Program-made: the position numbers and the translations under genes
Notes under the pieces: generated by a model
Told to the model about the DNA's origin: nothing
What the model saw: the letters and a program-made list of their open reading frames with translations, nothing else
Database searches by the model: none
NCBI GenBank assembly: GCA_002104905.1
Contig: MCFE01000069.1
Location: 123,923 to 187,922, forward strand
Source: Basidiobolus meristosporus CBS 931.73
Taxonomy: Eukaryota > Fungi > Basidiobolomycota
Direction of reading: 5' to 3'
DNA length: 64,000 bases
Shown here: positions 50,542 to 61,742 of the stretch, piece after piece
How positions within the stretch are numbered: the stretch's first letter is position 1
Layout: the number at the start of each line of letters is the position of its first letter

Positions 50542-52047
50542 CTAGTAAAGCGCCTTGAAGTCAACATTTAGATCACGAATTTCCATCAGTCCGGCACTAG
50601 GTTTGGTCCTCAATCGATCGATGTGAATGCTATCTTTAGGTAGGGACCATGTGTATTTTCTTAGCAACATACTCAATACAACGCGCTGTTCAATCAGGGA
50701 GAAATTCATTCCCAAACAGCGCCGAGAGCCTCCGCCAAACGGCATCCAGGTGTATAGATCATGCTCCGCCTTCTCATCTAGGAAGCGCTCGGGCATGAAG
50801 CTGTATGGCTTGTCCCAGTTGTTTGGATTGTGATGCATCGAGTAGATATGCACATTGACCGGGGTCCCCTCTGGAAGCACAAACTCACCAAATTGAACAG
50901 ACTTCGTGCAACGACGAGGAACCACTTGGGTAGCCGATGGGTTTAAGCGCATGGACTCCTTCATAATGGCGGTGATGAATGGGAGTTCGCTTTGCTGCTG
51001 CTCAAAAGTGGGCCATACGTCTCGTGATTCATTACCCAACACTCGGATTGCTTCCTCTCGGGCCTTCTGTTGGATCGTGGGATGGATGGCCAGGTAGTAG
51101 ATGGCGGACGCCAGAGCGTTCGCCGTAGTGTCATGTCCAGCAATGAAAAATACAATGACATCGTTACGAATCTCTTCCGGGGTGAGCGTCTGGCTCTCCT
51201 CCTCTCCAGACAGAACCATTAATGTCACCAGATCGGCTTTCTGCGAGTCCGTTACTTTGTTTGCACGAACGTTCTCTATCTTGCTGTTTATAATTCCCAT
51301 GATGAAGTCGTTGAACTTCGTTAGTTCCGTTTGATATCCACGGCGCCCAACCAACGGGAGGTTTTCCAAGTACGGAAACATGGCGTAGAATGGGTCATTG
51401 AATCCGGTCATGATAGTGTTGTATGCTTGAACCAGGTCTCCTCCTTGGTTTTCAATAGCGTGGAAGTCATAATCGAAGATGATTTTTCCAAGGGCATCCA
51501 GAGTCATTCGTTGCATCATCCCGGTTACCGATACCGATCCGTGGGTATTTTCAATTTCTACGATCAATCTGGTAACCAACTCACCAAACGCCGATGTGCT
51601 CCACGACCGATGAAACGCAGGGTTGGCCACGCGACGGTGCCTCTTCCACTCTTCTCCATTGGCTGAGACTATGTTGATCTTGCCTAGCTTGGCACGTAAC
51701 GTGTGTGGCTGCTCTTTGTTCAATTGCATCTTTGGGAAGGTGTCTGGTTTCATCAGGATCATCTTTGCATAATCCGGGTTTGAAACCATGACCATCCACT
51801 TCCCGAAGGAAAACTGCTTTCCGATACCTTTTTCATTAAGAACAGGTACCACGAGCTTGTCAAAACGCTCTAAACTGTCAACCGACCCCAGTGTGGTCAG
51901 CAAGCTCTTCCAGAATGGCACGGATGGGATGTTGCGTAGAGCAGGAGGGCACTGGAGCTTCGTGTAGAAATGCCAGGCTATAGCCACGATAAATGTGAGG
52001 GCAATGATTTGAAGCGAACCTTGATCCATGGTTACTAAGTACTGCAA
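50542..52047 (-). CDS. Cytochrome P450 (intronless, 501 aa)
   Basis: N-terminal TM anchor, I-helix AGHDTTA, ExxR (ESMR), PERF and heme motif FGGGSRRCLG. Confidence 0.95.
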   Translation of the reverse strand: MQYLVTMDQGSLQIIALTFIVAIAWHFYTKLQCPPALRNIPSVPFWKSLLTTLGSVDSLERFDKLVVPVLNEKGIGKQFSFGKWMVMVSNPDYAKMILMKPDTFPKMQLNKEQPHTLRAKLGKINIVSANGEEWKRHRRVANPAFHRSWSTSAFGELVTRLIVEIENTHGSVSVTGMMQRMTLDALGKIIFDYDFHAIENQGGDLVQAYNTIMTGFNDPFYAMFPYLENLPLVGRRGYQTELTKFNDFIMGIINSKIENVRANKVTDSQKADLVTLMVLSGEEESQTLTPEEIRNDVIVFFIAGHDTTANALASAIYYLAIHPTIQQKAREEAIRVLGNESRDVWPTFEQQQSELPFITAIMKESMRLNPSATQVVPRRCTKSVQFGEFVLPEGTPVNVHIYSMHHNPNNWDKPYSFMPERFLDEKAEHDLYTWMPFGGGSRRCLGMNFSLIEQRVVLSMLLRKYTWSLPKDSIHIDRLRTKPSAGLMEIRDLNVDFKALY

Positions 52048-53793
52048 GAAATGCGGTTGAAGGAGGATAAACTGATTTGATGTGCCATCATCGGCTGCTG
52101 GCTTATATACTGATACGAAGAATGTGCTGAGTAGTCGAACATGCTGATCCCTCTAAACTGAGGGCGGTCCGGGAATAATATAACGAAGCCCAGCTCCACC
52201 TGTCGGGCGTTCAGTCTAGAAATTAGCCGTGTATTAAAGAAGGTAGTAAGTCAAATATGAACTATTCATCAGTAACATGTAAAGCCAAGAACTGTTCCCA
52301 AGAATGACATCATACGACTTTATCAAATCCTGGCTACTTACATCCCGGAAGCTACCAATGCCGAACATCCGGGCGGGGTCTGAAACATTGGCATATGAGT
52401 GTTACCCAATAGCGTGAAGTGGTTGAATGTCCAAGACTGATATCCAGCGTGCAACTGTTGGTGCCTTGAGAATCAGTGAGTTTTGAGACTTGGCCTTGAA
52501 AATATGCAGAACTTCAAACTAGACTATACTTTGGCGATAAGTTGCGTTCGTCTTCTGATCGAGCGATGCCTAAGCCTATGTGGCATTACATTACAACAAA
52601 CCATCTATTGCCACATTATGAATCCGGCCAGCAATAAGGTTCAACCAGGTGACCGCATTCTCCGTAAAGGTTTATAATATTACTAAGTTTGGGTGATTAA
52701 ATTTGCCGAATATATGCTAGGCTACTCAAGCATGTAGCACAATGGGATTGTGCTGAAATATGTGGAAGGTAGAGTATGGTAAGTGATCGGCACGTAGCAT
52801 CACGATTCTCTTGTGGAAAATTTGAGGATCTCCTTGTCACATAGATACTTTCCATGGTACCAGTATTGTCATAATATATATCGATAACTCCAAACACTAG
52901 TGATTTCAGCCAATGCACTTGTCTTTCCACTCAGATCAATAAATCGCATACTTTGGAATCGTGGGAGGGGTATTTATATTGCTCCAATGAATTATGATTT
53001 ACTCAAGCCAATGGTTGATGCGCACTAGTAAAGAAGTATATATAACATATACTGTTTCACTATATGGGATACATATCGTAAGCGGCGTGTCATATCTACT
53101 GCAAAGGAAGTGGGCTCCGTCTATTAATATCCCGGCTGCACCAATAAAGTCAAATGTGAACTTTACAAATCATGCGTGAGACCAAGAATGTCATCAGATG
53201 GCCACATCAGATCCAGTTGCTGTGTGACCACTCGCAGGTTGAATGCGACTTAAACCAAATGTCCGGTTAGGGTCCGAAATACCGGTATTTACATAATTGA
53301 GCTTTACTATAGAGTGCAAAGTAGTTCAAGTGATAGGAAGCGTTGATACTCGGGTAAATATATGCCAGATTGCCATCATAGTGTCTAATAGCTTGAATAT
53401 ATTTCAACATGCATATATGGTACTGTTATGCCTAAACTCACACAACAACGCATTGCATCAACTAACCACTTGCTACAATGTTGGTCAAACACGCAACCCT
53501 ATGAAAACTAATTTGGTCTTGCAGGTGAATTCAAGCTGGTTCAGCCGTCAGAATCCTGCGATGAGGCCATTATAATACCAGCAGCATTGAATTCTTGACC
53601 CTCTCAACAAGGTTATGGCAGGATCATGATGATGTTTTGCTATCTGGACTGCCACATATAGTAATAAACTTGACAGTGTTTAGACAGCCTTTTTGCAAGG
53701 CTCTAATAACTTAGTAATGGTCCTATTGTGGCCTACATTTGTTTGACAGGGCCTAAATAGCTAATATGTCTGATTGCCATATATGGTGAAAAC

Positions 53794-54125
53794 TGTTGTA
53801 AAAAATTCGTATTTCCACCTAAATATTCACCTAACTTAGTCACTTAGATCATCACCTTCAAATCCTAGAGAATACTGACCAAATTCCTTGTCGGGATTTA
53901 CTTAGAATATTTACCCAGAACATGAAAATTAGATAAGTTGTCCAAACAGCCCCAAACTTTGCACACATGTTCTTGGGACCTTCCCTAACCTACTCTACGT
54001 GTTTGTAATGCCAAGACCAGGTAAAAGTATAAATACTACTTTTACATTCAATAAATCATTAAGTAAAACCACATAATCTACTTGTTCTCCCAATCACTTC
54101 CAATATCTCCAAGACTGTTACAACA
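53794..54125 (+). mobile_element. Copia solo LTR with intact 5-bp TSD
   Basis: TGTTGTA...TTACAACA, flanked by AAAAC on both sides (53789-53793, 54126-54130). Homologous to 58637-58986. Confidence 0.93.
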
Positions 54126-54247
54126 AAAACTTGGTGGTGTCATGGTGCCCTTATGCAAGCCTCTGTTGGGTCAGGGGGGAGGGAACAACAGCATTTCAGT
54201 GAGATCTTTATTCTACCAAATAGTCACCAAAATTACTAAAGCTAAAA

Positions 54248-54515
54248 GGGATCAGGGGGATGGAAGTCACCAAATGATAAGATCTTTATTTATTTATGAC
54301 AAGTATCCAAAGAAGCCAAATTAATCTGAAGTTATCACTAGAAAGCAAGGTCTGAGAGATATATTCCTGGTAATCCAGGGCTGAGAGTTGGAAGCTGAGT
54401 GGTTTGTATCTCATAGTTAGCTAGGTTTGACAGAGGTTTCCTGGAAAGCCAGGCCTGAAGAGTGAGAATCTAATTATATCTTAGGCAGGTTGTACTGACT
54501 TGCATTAGCTCATTT
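54248..54515 (-). mobile_element. Degenerate 5'-truncated SINE-like copy
   Basis: Diverged match to the SINE body at 58166-58400, with decayed tail GGGATCAGGGGG. Confidence 0.65.
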
Positions 54516-54810
54516 GGTTTAGGGGGAGACATTCACCAATAGGTGAAATCTTTATTTCAGTTGAATCAAAGAAGCCAGTGCTACTGTTGTAGATTTGATA
54601 CAAGAGTGTGTAGCTGAGGGGAAGTTGCTAGTAAGTTAACAAGGAGAGATGATAGTTCCTCTGTGCTCCAGACACTGTACATTGGCAAGGGGGGTAGCAT
54701 GAGGGGTAAGTGTGATTTATGAACAACATTGATGAGAGATATATGATAAGGATTGATATTCTTCATAAAGGGAGTGTGCTGCTACAGATATTGCTGCCAA
54801 AGGTCTGTCA
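54516..54810 (-). mobile_element. 3'-terminal fragment of the non-LTR RT element
   Basis: Aligns to about 55477-55775 (INPYHISLINVVHKS...LHTLVSNLQQ) and carries the same tail. Confidence 0.85.
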
Positions 54811-55046
54811 GGGTTAGGGTGGGGGGGGGGAGGAAAGTCACCAAGTGGTGAAATCTTTATTTACTTAAGATAAGTATCTAAAGAAGCTATGTTAATTTGA
54901 AGTTAATCCTAGAAAGCTAGGTCTGAGAGATATCTTCCTGGTAAGCCAGGTCTGAGAGTTGAGAAGCTGAGTAGTGCTATATTCCCTAGTTAGCTAGGTC
55001 TGAGAGAGGTTTTCCTGGAAAGCCAGGCCTGAGAAGTGAGAATCTG
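54811..55046 (-). mobile_element. 5'-truncated SINE-like copy
   Basis: Near-identical to about 58152-58380. Begins on the top strand with GGGTTAGGGTGGGGGGGGGG. Confidence 0.85.
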
Positions 55047-55476
55047 GGTTAGGGGGGAGGAAAGTCACCAAGTGGTGAAATCTTTATTTACTTATGACAA
55101 GTATCTAAAGAAGCCAAGTTAATCTGAAGTTATTCCTAGAAAGCTAGGTCTGAGAGATATTTTCCTGGTAAGCCAGGTCTGAGAGTTAAGAAGCTGAGTG
55201 GTACTATATTTCCTAGTTAGCTAGGTCTGAGAGAGGTTTCCTGGAAAGCCAGGCCTGAGAAGTGAGAATCTGAATATATGTGAGCTAAGTTATACTGGCT
55301 TGCGGTAGCTGACTTGTGGCCATAATGGCCAGTAGACTGGGGAAACTGAGAGGAATTTCTGGGCGATCACTGGCCAAATTTACTAGGCAAATCTGGCCAA
55401 TTAGCATTTCAAGGATTTCAGCCAATCAGAGCCTTTACTTTGCCTGATGGTTGATCAAGCCATCTCCCAATGAGCA
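55047..55476 (-). mobile_element. 5'-truncated SINE-like copy (longer)
   Basis: Near-identical to about 58152-58585. Begins on the top strand with GGTTAGGGGGG. Confidence 0.85.
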
Positions 55477-58151
55477 GGTTAGGGGGGGGGAGACAGTCAC
55501 CAACAGGTGAAATCTTTATTTCAGTTGAAACAAAGAAGCCAGTGGTACTGTTGTAGATTTGTTACAAGAGTGTGTAGCTGAGGGGAATTTGTAGGTAAGT
55601 TAATAAGAAGTGATGATAGCTCTTCAGTGCTCAAGACACTGTTCAGTGGGAAGGGGGGTAGCAAGAGAGGCAAGAATGACTTGTGAACAACATTAATGAG
55701 GGGAATGTGATAAGGATTGATAATCATCATAAAGGGAGTGTGCTGCTGCAGATATTGCTGCCAAAGGTCTGTCAAGTACTTCAGGTAGGCCAGCTTGGGT
55801 TCTTCTGACTGCAGAATATAGTGAGCAAACTTCTTGACTACAGGGTCTCCAAGTATAGTTCTCCAGCAGGAGCCAGGTGTTGTCTGGTGCGTTCTCTTCC
55901 AGGCCTTAATCAGTGGGTTGTTGCAGTTGTGAAGTCTGAGGTATAATCTGGTTCTAAGGTAGAGAAGTCTGATCTTATAGGGCATAAACCCAAAAGCACC
56001 AAGAATAGCATGTCTGCAGGGGCATTCAGGCAAATGAGGCACCAAGGAGGTAATGCACCATATTGCAAACTTGTCAAGCTAAGTGCAGTCTCTAGAAGTA
56101 AGAGAGAGAAGTGTTAAGCCAAATTCCAGTACAGGGAAGACAAACTGCTTGAGTAGAAGGAGGCAGCTGGGAGCTGAAGTTGTAAGAGGAGTAACAGCCA
56201 GTAGCTTGTGGAGTGCCTGTCTTGCAAGGATAATTCTCTTCTTCAGGTGTGCTCCAGAGTCTAGTCCAGCAGGAAGGAAAGGAAAGCCAAGATATGTAGC
56301 AGAAACCTGGACAGGAAGAGTGGAGTTCTCCAAGTTGATAGGGCAGCCCAAAAGTACTGCCTTTGCAATGGAAAGTTGGAGATTATTCTTCTGCAAATAC
56401 TGGTGGATGGTCTGGGAATCTTGTTGCACATTGGAGGAGGATATTCTGATATCATCAGCAAAGAGAGTAACCAGGCAGTCAGCTGAGAGTCTTGGGAAAT
56501 CATTCAGGAAGATGGCAAACAGTATAGGACCAAGCACAGAGCCTTGAACCACTCCATTAGGAACTGAGAACACAGCTGATTGCTCACTTGGGTGCAGAAT
56601 TCTTGCTTGTGGATCCAGAAACAGAGACCTGACAAGGAGGGTGAGAGAGGTACCGGAGAAGCATTGCAACTTGGACCAAAGCAGATTTCTGTCAACTGAA
56701 TCAAACGCCTTAGTAATATCAAACAGAACAGAGGGATACTTGCACTGGAGAGAGTGATCTTGGCTAAGTATGACTGCATATTCCAAGGAGAGGCCAGGAA
56801 CAAAGCCAAACTGTGCAGGATGAAACTTGAGAGAGTCAGAGTAGAGCTCCTAAGCAAGCAGAAGCTCAAACACCTTTCTGCAGGTGGGCAGCAGAGATAT
56901 TGGCCTGTAGGAGCTAGGATCCAGGTGCTTTCCTTTACCCTTGTACAGTTGCAGAACATTGGCAAAGGACTGTTGTATCCAAGAGAAAGTGTAATAAAGC
57001 TCTTGAATGGTTTAACTGAACCAAAGGGACAATTAAGTGCAGAATCTTAGAGTTGTCAGAGAGTAGCGGAAATATTAGCAGAAAGATTCTGATCTAATAT
57101 TGGTCTTGGATATAGCTGGGTTGGCTATAAAGGCAATGATATTTGTTTGCTAGGCAGGCTAGGCTAGGTGTTCTTTGGAGTGCTAGATATACTAGGCTTG
57201 GATAGAAACTGGAACGGAATTGTTGGATTCTTATTTTTGCTGAGACAGAATCTTAATTTTGTTGAGACACACACTAAACCAAAAGGTTCAGTAAACTTTA
57301 TTTATACTTTTCTGATCAAGTTGAGTTAGTAAGCGCCAAGGGACTGGATTGATTGAAATCAATTTGGGTGTTCATAGGTGCATAATATAAATGAAAATTA
57401 CATCATCAATCAACTGATGTCTTGGCAACTGCACCATGGTTGGATAGATCTCAGATGACTAATCACCTGGGAAGGCTTGGCAGATAGGTTGATAATGTAA
57501 TGACCATTTGAAAATAGATCAGGTGTGATAGCTAAAAATAGATTCTGAGGTGGGATAAAATAAACTGTAACTGGGATTTGTTATGTTTGGGTTAGGGAAA
57601 ATCAGTTAGGGTACTAGATTTTCAAACGGAGTAAAATTGGCTAAGTTTTAAATGTTGATGCACAACAAGGACCATTCCTCAGGAGTAGAAAGCTGGGCTG
57701 AGCATTGCTGAACCAGTGGAAGCAGAAGTGCAGACATGGCCTTGGTACTAGTCCTCAGAAGCTCATAGGAGATTGTGCCCACACCTGAGGCAGTAGAGTT
57801 GGGAAGCCTCTTGAGCATATTATGGATTCTCCCTTGATCAAGTGCAAGTGGGATGGGCAGAGTCTTGAAGTCAGGATGAAAGCCAGGAGTTGAGTACTGC
57901 TTTGTAGAGAAGAAGATGTTAGCCAGCTGTTCTGTTGAAGGTAACTTCCTGGAAGAGGGCCTCATTGCCCTGTAGAGTCTTGATACTGTTCTTGTTACAG
58001 AGTTGGAAGATTGCACAGGCAAAGAACTCATAATATGATCTCAGAGCTGAGCATGCAGAGTGTGTTGAATTGCCTTGGAGTGGTGTATGGCTGTCAGGAG
58101 GAGTTTCTCTGTTTTTGGGTTAGGGAAACTCAGGTAGCTTTGTTGCAGGGC
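55477..58151 (-). mobile_element. 5'-truncated non-LTR retrotransposon (LINE-type RT), interrupted by a Gypsy solo LTR
   Basis: After removing the LTR the frame reads LPNSTASGVGTISYELL...PEEWSFANVLQLYKGKGKHLDPSSYRPISLLPTCRKVFE...QFGF...FDITKAFDSV...GVVQGSVLGPILF...LFADD...TYLGFPF. 3' UTR is AATAAA-hairpin-C-run-TAACC. No endonuclease domain is visible in the retained part. Confidence 0.92.
56971..57667 (-). mobile_element. Gypsy solo LTR with 5-bp TSD
   Basis: Reverse-complement copy of 61743-62413 with TG...CA ends. AGGAC on both flanks (56966-56970, 57668-57672). Confidence 0.93.
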
Positions 58152-58636
58152 TTAGGGTTAGTGGGAGGAAAGTCACCAAGTGGTGAAATCTTTATTTACT
58201 TATGACAAGTATCTAAAGAAGCCAAGTTAATCTGAAGTTATTCCTAGAAAGCTAGGTCTGAGAGATATCTTCCTGGTAAGCCAGGTCTGAGAGTTGAGAG
58301 GCTGAGTGGTACTATATTTCCTAGTTAGCTAGGTCTGAGAGAGGTTTCCTGGAAAGCCAGGCTTGAGAAGTGAGAATCTGAATATATGTGAGCTAAGTTA
58401 TACTGGTTTGAGGTAGCTAAATTGTGGCCGGAATGGCCAGTAGACTGGGGGAACTGAGAGGAATTTCTGGGCAATCACTGGCCAAATTTACTAGGCAAAT
58501 CTGGCCAATTGGCATTTCAAGGATCTTAGCCAATCAGAGCCTTTACTTTGCCCAATGGCTGATCAAGCCATCCCCAATGAGCACACATCAATTTATTAAT
58601 CAAATTTTGCTGGATCCAGGATTTGAACCCACAACC
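58152..58636 (-). mobile_element. Longest SINE-like copy: tRNA-like head (3' half only, cut by the Copia LTR), non-coding body, LINE-shared tail
   Basis: Minus strand begins GGTTGTGGGTTCAAATCCTGGATCCAGCA (B-box GGTTCRANNCC at 58619-58629) and ends AATAAAGATTTCACCACTTGGTGACTTTCCTCCCACTAACCCTAA. Confidence 0.72.
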
Positions 58637-61600
58637 TGTTGTAAAAATTTGTAATTCCACCTAAATATTCACCTAGCTTAGTCACTTAGATCATTACCTT
58701 CAAATCCTAGAGAATACTGACCAAATTCCTTGTCAGGATTTACTTAGAATATTTTCACCAAAATACCAGGTACCCAGAACATGAAAATTCTCAAAGTTGT
58801 CCAAACAGCCCCAAACTTTGCACACATGTTCTTGGGACCTTCCTTAACCTACTCTACAAGTTTGTAATGCCAAGACCAGGTAAAAGTATAAATACTACTT
58901 TTACATTCAATAAATCATTAAGTGAAAACCATATAATCTACTTGTCCTCCCAAATCACTTCCAATATCTCCAAGACTCTTACAACAAGTTATGAGCCCCA
59001 AGCTGTAACTCTCTGCAATGTCTACTTCTGCTATTACTGGAATTTTTCCCTCTGCTGAAAAGTTGGATGGATCTAACAACCAAGTGTGGAAGGTGAAGAT
59101 GAAGATTCTGCTACAAGAAAGAGGCCTTTGGGATATTCTCATGGGAGAAGAATGCCCTCCTAAACACGTGGGAGAGGAAGCCTTGAAGTACCAGAAGAAA
59201 GATCAAAGTGCCTTTAACTGCATTTGCCTTAATGTCAAGGACAAATTGCTAATTCAATGCTCAAGAGCAAAAACAGCAAAGAATGCCTGGAAAGCACTAG
59301 AGGACACCCACCAGTCATGTTCAGCTGCCAAGAAAATGCATCTGAGACAAAAAGTCTTTACTACAAAGATGCTGCCAGGAGAAGAAATGAAAAATCTAAT
59401 TAACATAATTACCCTGCTGGTAGATGAGATGGAATCTGTGGGCATACCAACTACTGATGAGGATGTGATAGTTACCATCCTGAATAGCCTGACAGACAGG
59501 TTTCTGGGCCTTGTATCAGCCCTAGAGTCCAGAACTGAAGATTTGACCTTAAATTATGTATATGGAAGGCTCCTGGATGAAGAATTAGAAAATCAAGCGC
59601 CAATAAGAAGGAAGAAGAAAATGCTTTAATAAGCAATGATAACCAGCAAAGAAGGCACCCAAGACCCTACAAAGGCAACAGCAACCTATTTTGCAACTAC
59701 TGCAAAAGGAAAGGACACACATCAGACCGGTGTCTCAAAAAGAGAGATTATCAGCAAAAGAAGCCTGCATATGGAAATGCTGCAACAACTGAAGATAGAC
59801 TATTCATATCTGCACTAACTATGACCACAAACAAGGATTCTCAGACATGGTATATTGACTCTGAAGCTTCTCAACACTTTACACACTAAAAAGAACTTTT
59901 TACCTAATATTAAGAAATTCCAAATAAGAAGGTTTTCATGGGTGACAATAGAACACTTAATGCAGTGGGAGAAGGAACTATCCAAGTAAACCTTAGAAGC
60001 AGTAAAGGAAGCCATACACTGACCTTTAAAGAAGTACTCTATGTACCAGAAATAGCCAAGAACCTACTCTCTGTAAGCAAGGCCACAGCAGAAGGACTCA
60101 GTTTCAGTTTTGACAATACTGGATGCAGGATCACTGATCAAAATGGTGCCCATATTGCTTTGGGCATCAGAGATCAGAATCTATACAAGTTGACTTATAT
60201 TCCATCATATCTGGAAGCCAATATAAGTAACTTAAATGAAGAAACACCAATGCTTTGGCACAGGAGATTTGGGCACATCAATTTTGATTATTTGCGTAAA
60301 ATGATCAAAGATCAGCTAATTTCTGGAGTGAAAATTGATCCCCCAGCTAATTTAGATCACTGTGAAGCCTGCATATATGAGAAACAAGCCAGACAACTGC
60401 TCAAGAGCTCTGGGTTAATCAAAACTAAGAAAAAATTAGATCTAATTCACTCATATCTGTGTGGACCTATGCAAAATTTATCCTTAGGTGGGATGAAGTA
60501 TTTAATCACTTTATTGATGATTATACAAGATACACATGGGTCTACTTCATGGAGAGAAAGGAAGAAGTTTTGTCTAAGCTCAGGGAGTTTAAAGCCATGG
60601 TGGAGAGAGAAACTGGTGAAAAAATCAAGAAATTATGCTCTGACAATGGTGGAGAATATACCTCAAAACTCTTCATCCACTTCTGCAAAATTCATGGGAT
60701 AAAGCAAGACACTACTGTACCATACTCCCCACAGCAAAATGGAGTAGCAGAACAAGCTAACAGATCAATAATTGATATGGCAAGATCTATGATCCATGAT
60801 CAAAAATTATCCTATGATTTTTGGGTGGAATCAGTTGCCACTGCTGTATACCTTAAAAATAGGAGTTATAACAGAATACTTTGTGATTCTACTCCATTTG
60901 AAGCATGGCATGGATACAGACCAAGTGCAGAACATCTAAGAATATTTGGGTGTACAGCATATGCCAAAAAACTGGCCGGAAATCAGTCAAAATATGAGCC
61001 AAAAAGTGTAAAATGCATATTTTTGGGCTACTGCAATGAGAGTAAGGCATACACACTCTACAATACCAAAGCAAAGAAGCTGATCAAGTCCAGGGATGTG
61101 TTGTTTGATGAAAATTCAAAATTTTCACAAAAAATGACATCAGATGATGACAAAAATTTAATCTCAAGTCCACCAATTGTCAGGATTGAATCAGAGCAAA
61201 GCAATGAGAATTTTTTCACTCCAGAGGACTCTACAACCGTGGTTCAGCCAGAATCAATGCCCGGGAATATCCCAGAAGTGATCATTCCAGTATCAAATGC
61301 CTGGAGATCCAACCGGACAAAAAATAGCCCAAATTACTATATCAATGAGGGTACAAACTTAGCCTATGCCTATTCAGTCCATATTGATGAACCCCAGACT
61401 GTAAAGAGGCCCTAAATAGCCCACAGACAAAGTTTTGGAGATCTGCAATGACTGAGGAATATCAGGCCCTGATGGAAAATCAAACTTGGGACTTAGTCAA
61501 ATTACCAATCAACCAAAAATTAATTGGATGCAGATGGATCTTCAAGACAAAATACAAGGCTGATAGTACAAATGAGAGATACAAAGCAAGACTTGTAGCC

Positions 61601-61742
61601 AAAGGATACTCTCAAACAACAGGACTTGACTATACTGAGACCTTTGCACCGGTAGCCAAGTTTAATTCCATCAGATTAATATTGGCTATTGCAGCCAAAT
61701 ATAAGTTTTTTATTCATCAAATGTATGTAAAAACTGCATTTT
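58637..61742 (+). mobile_element. Ty1/Copia retrotransposon, 5' half (LTR 58637-58986, PBS, gag, protease, integrase, RT start), cut by a Gypsy insertion
   Basis: LTR TGTTGTAA...TTACAACA; PBS AGTTATGAGCCC; gag LDGSNNQVWKVKMKILL; WYIDSEAS; LWHRRFGH; integrase SDNGGEY and PQQNGVAE; RT YKARLVAKGYSQ...TFAPVAK. Several stops and frameshifts. Confidence 0.95.

Noticed and set aside
54830-55270. CRISPR-like or satellite array (recurring AGGTCTGAGAG units)
   Set aside because: The units are internal subrepeats of SINE-like copies. The intervening sequences are conserved between copies rather than unique spacers, and the context is eukaryotic.
57587-57612. Two TTAGGG hits as telomere seeds (also at about 61800-61822 on the other strand)
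   Set aside because: They are internal to both copies of the Gypsy LTR, so they are native LTR sequence.
58117-58125. GGGTTAGGG as an additional array junction
   Set aside because: It lies inside the continuous LINE reading frame (encodes ...SFPNPK...) with no tail sequence beside it, so it is probably incidental.
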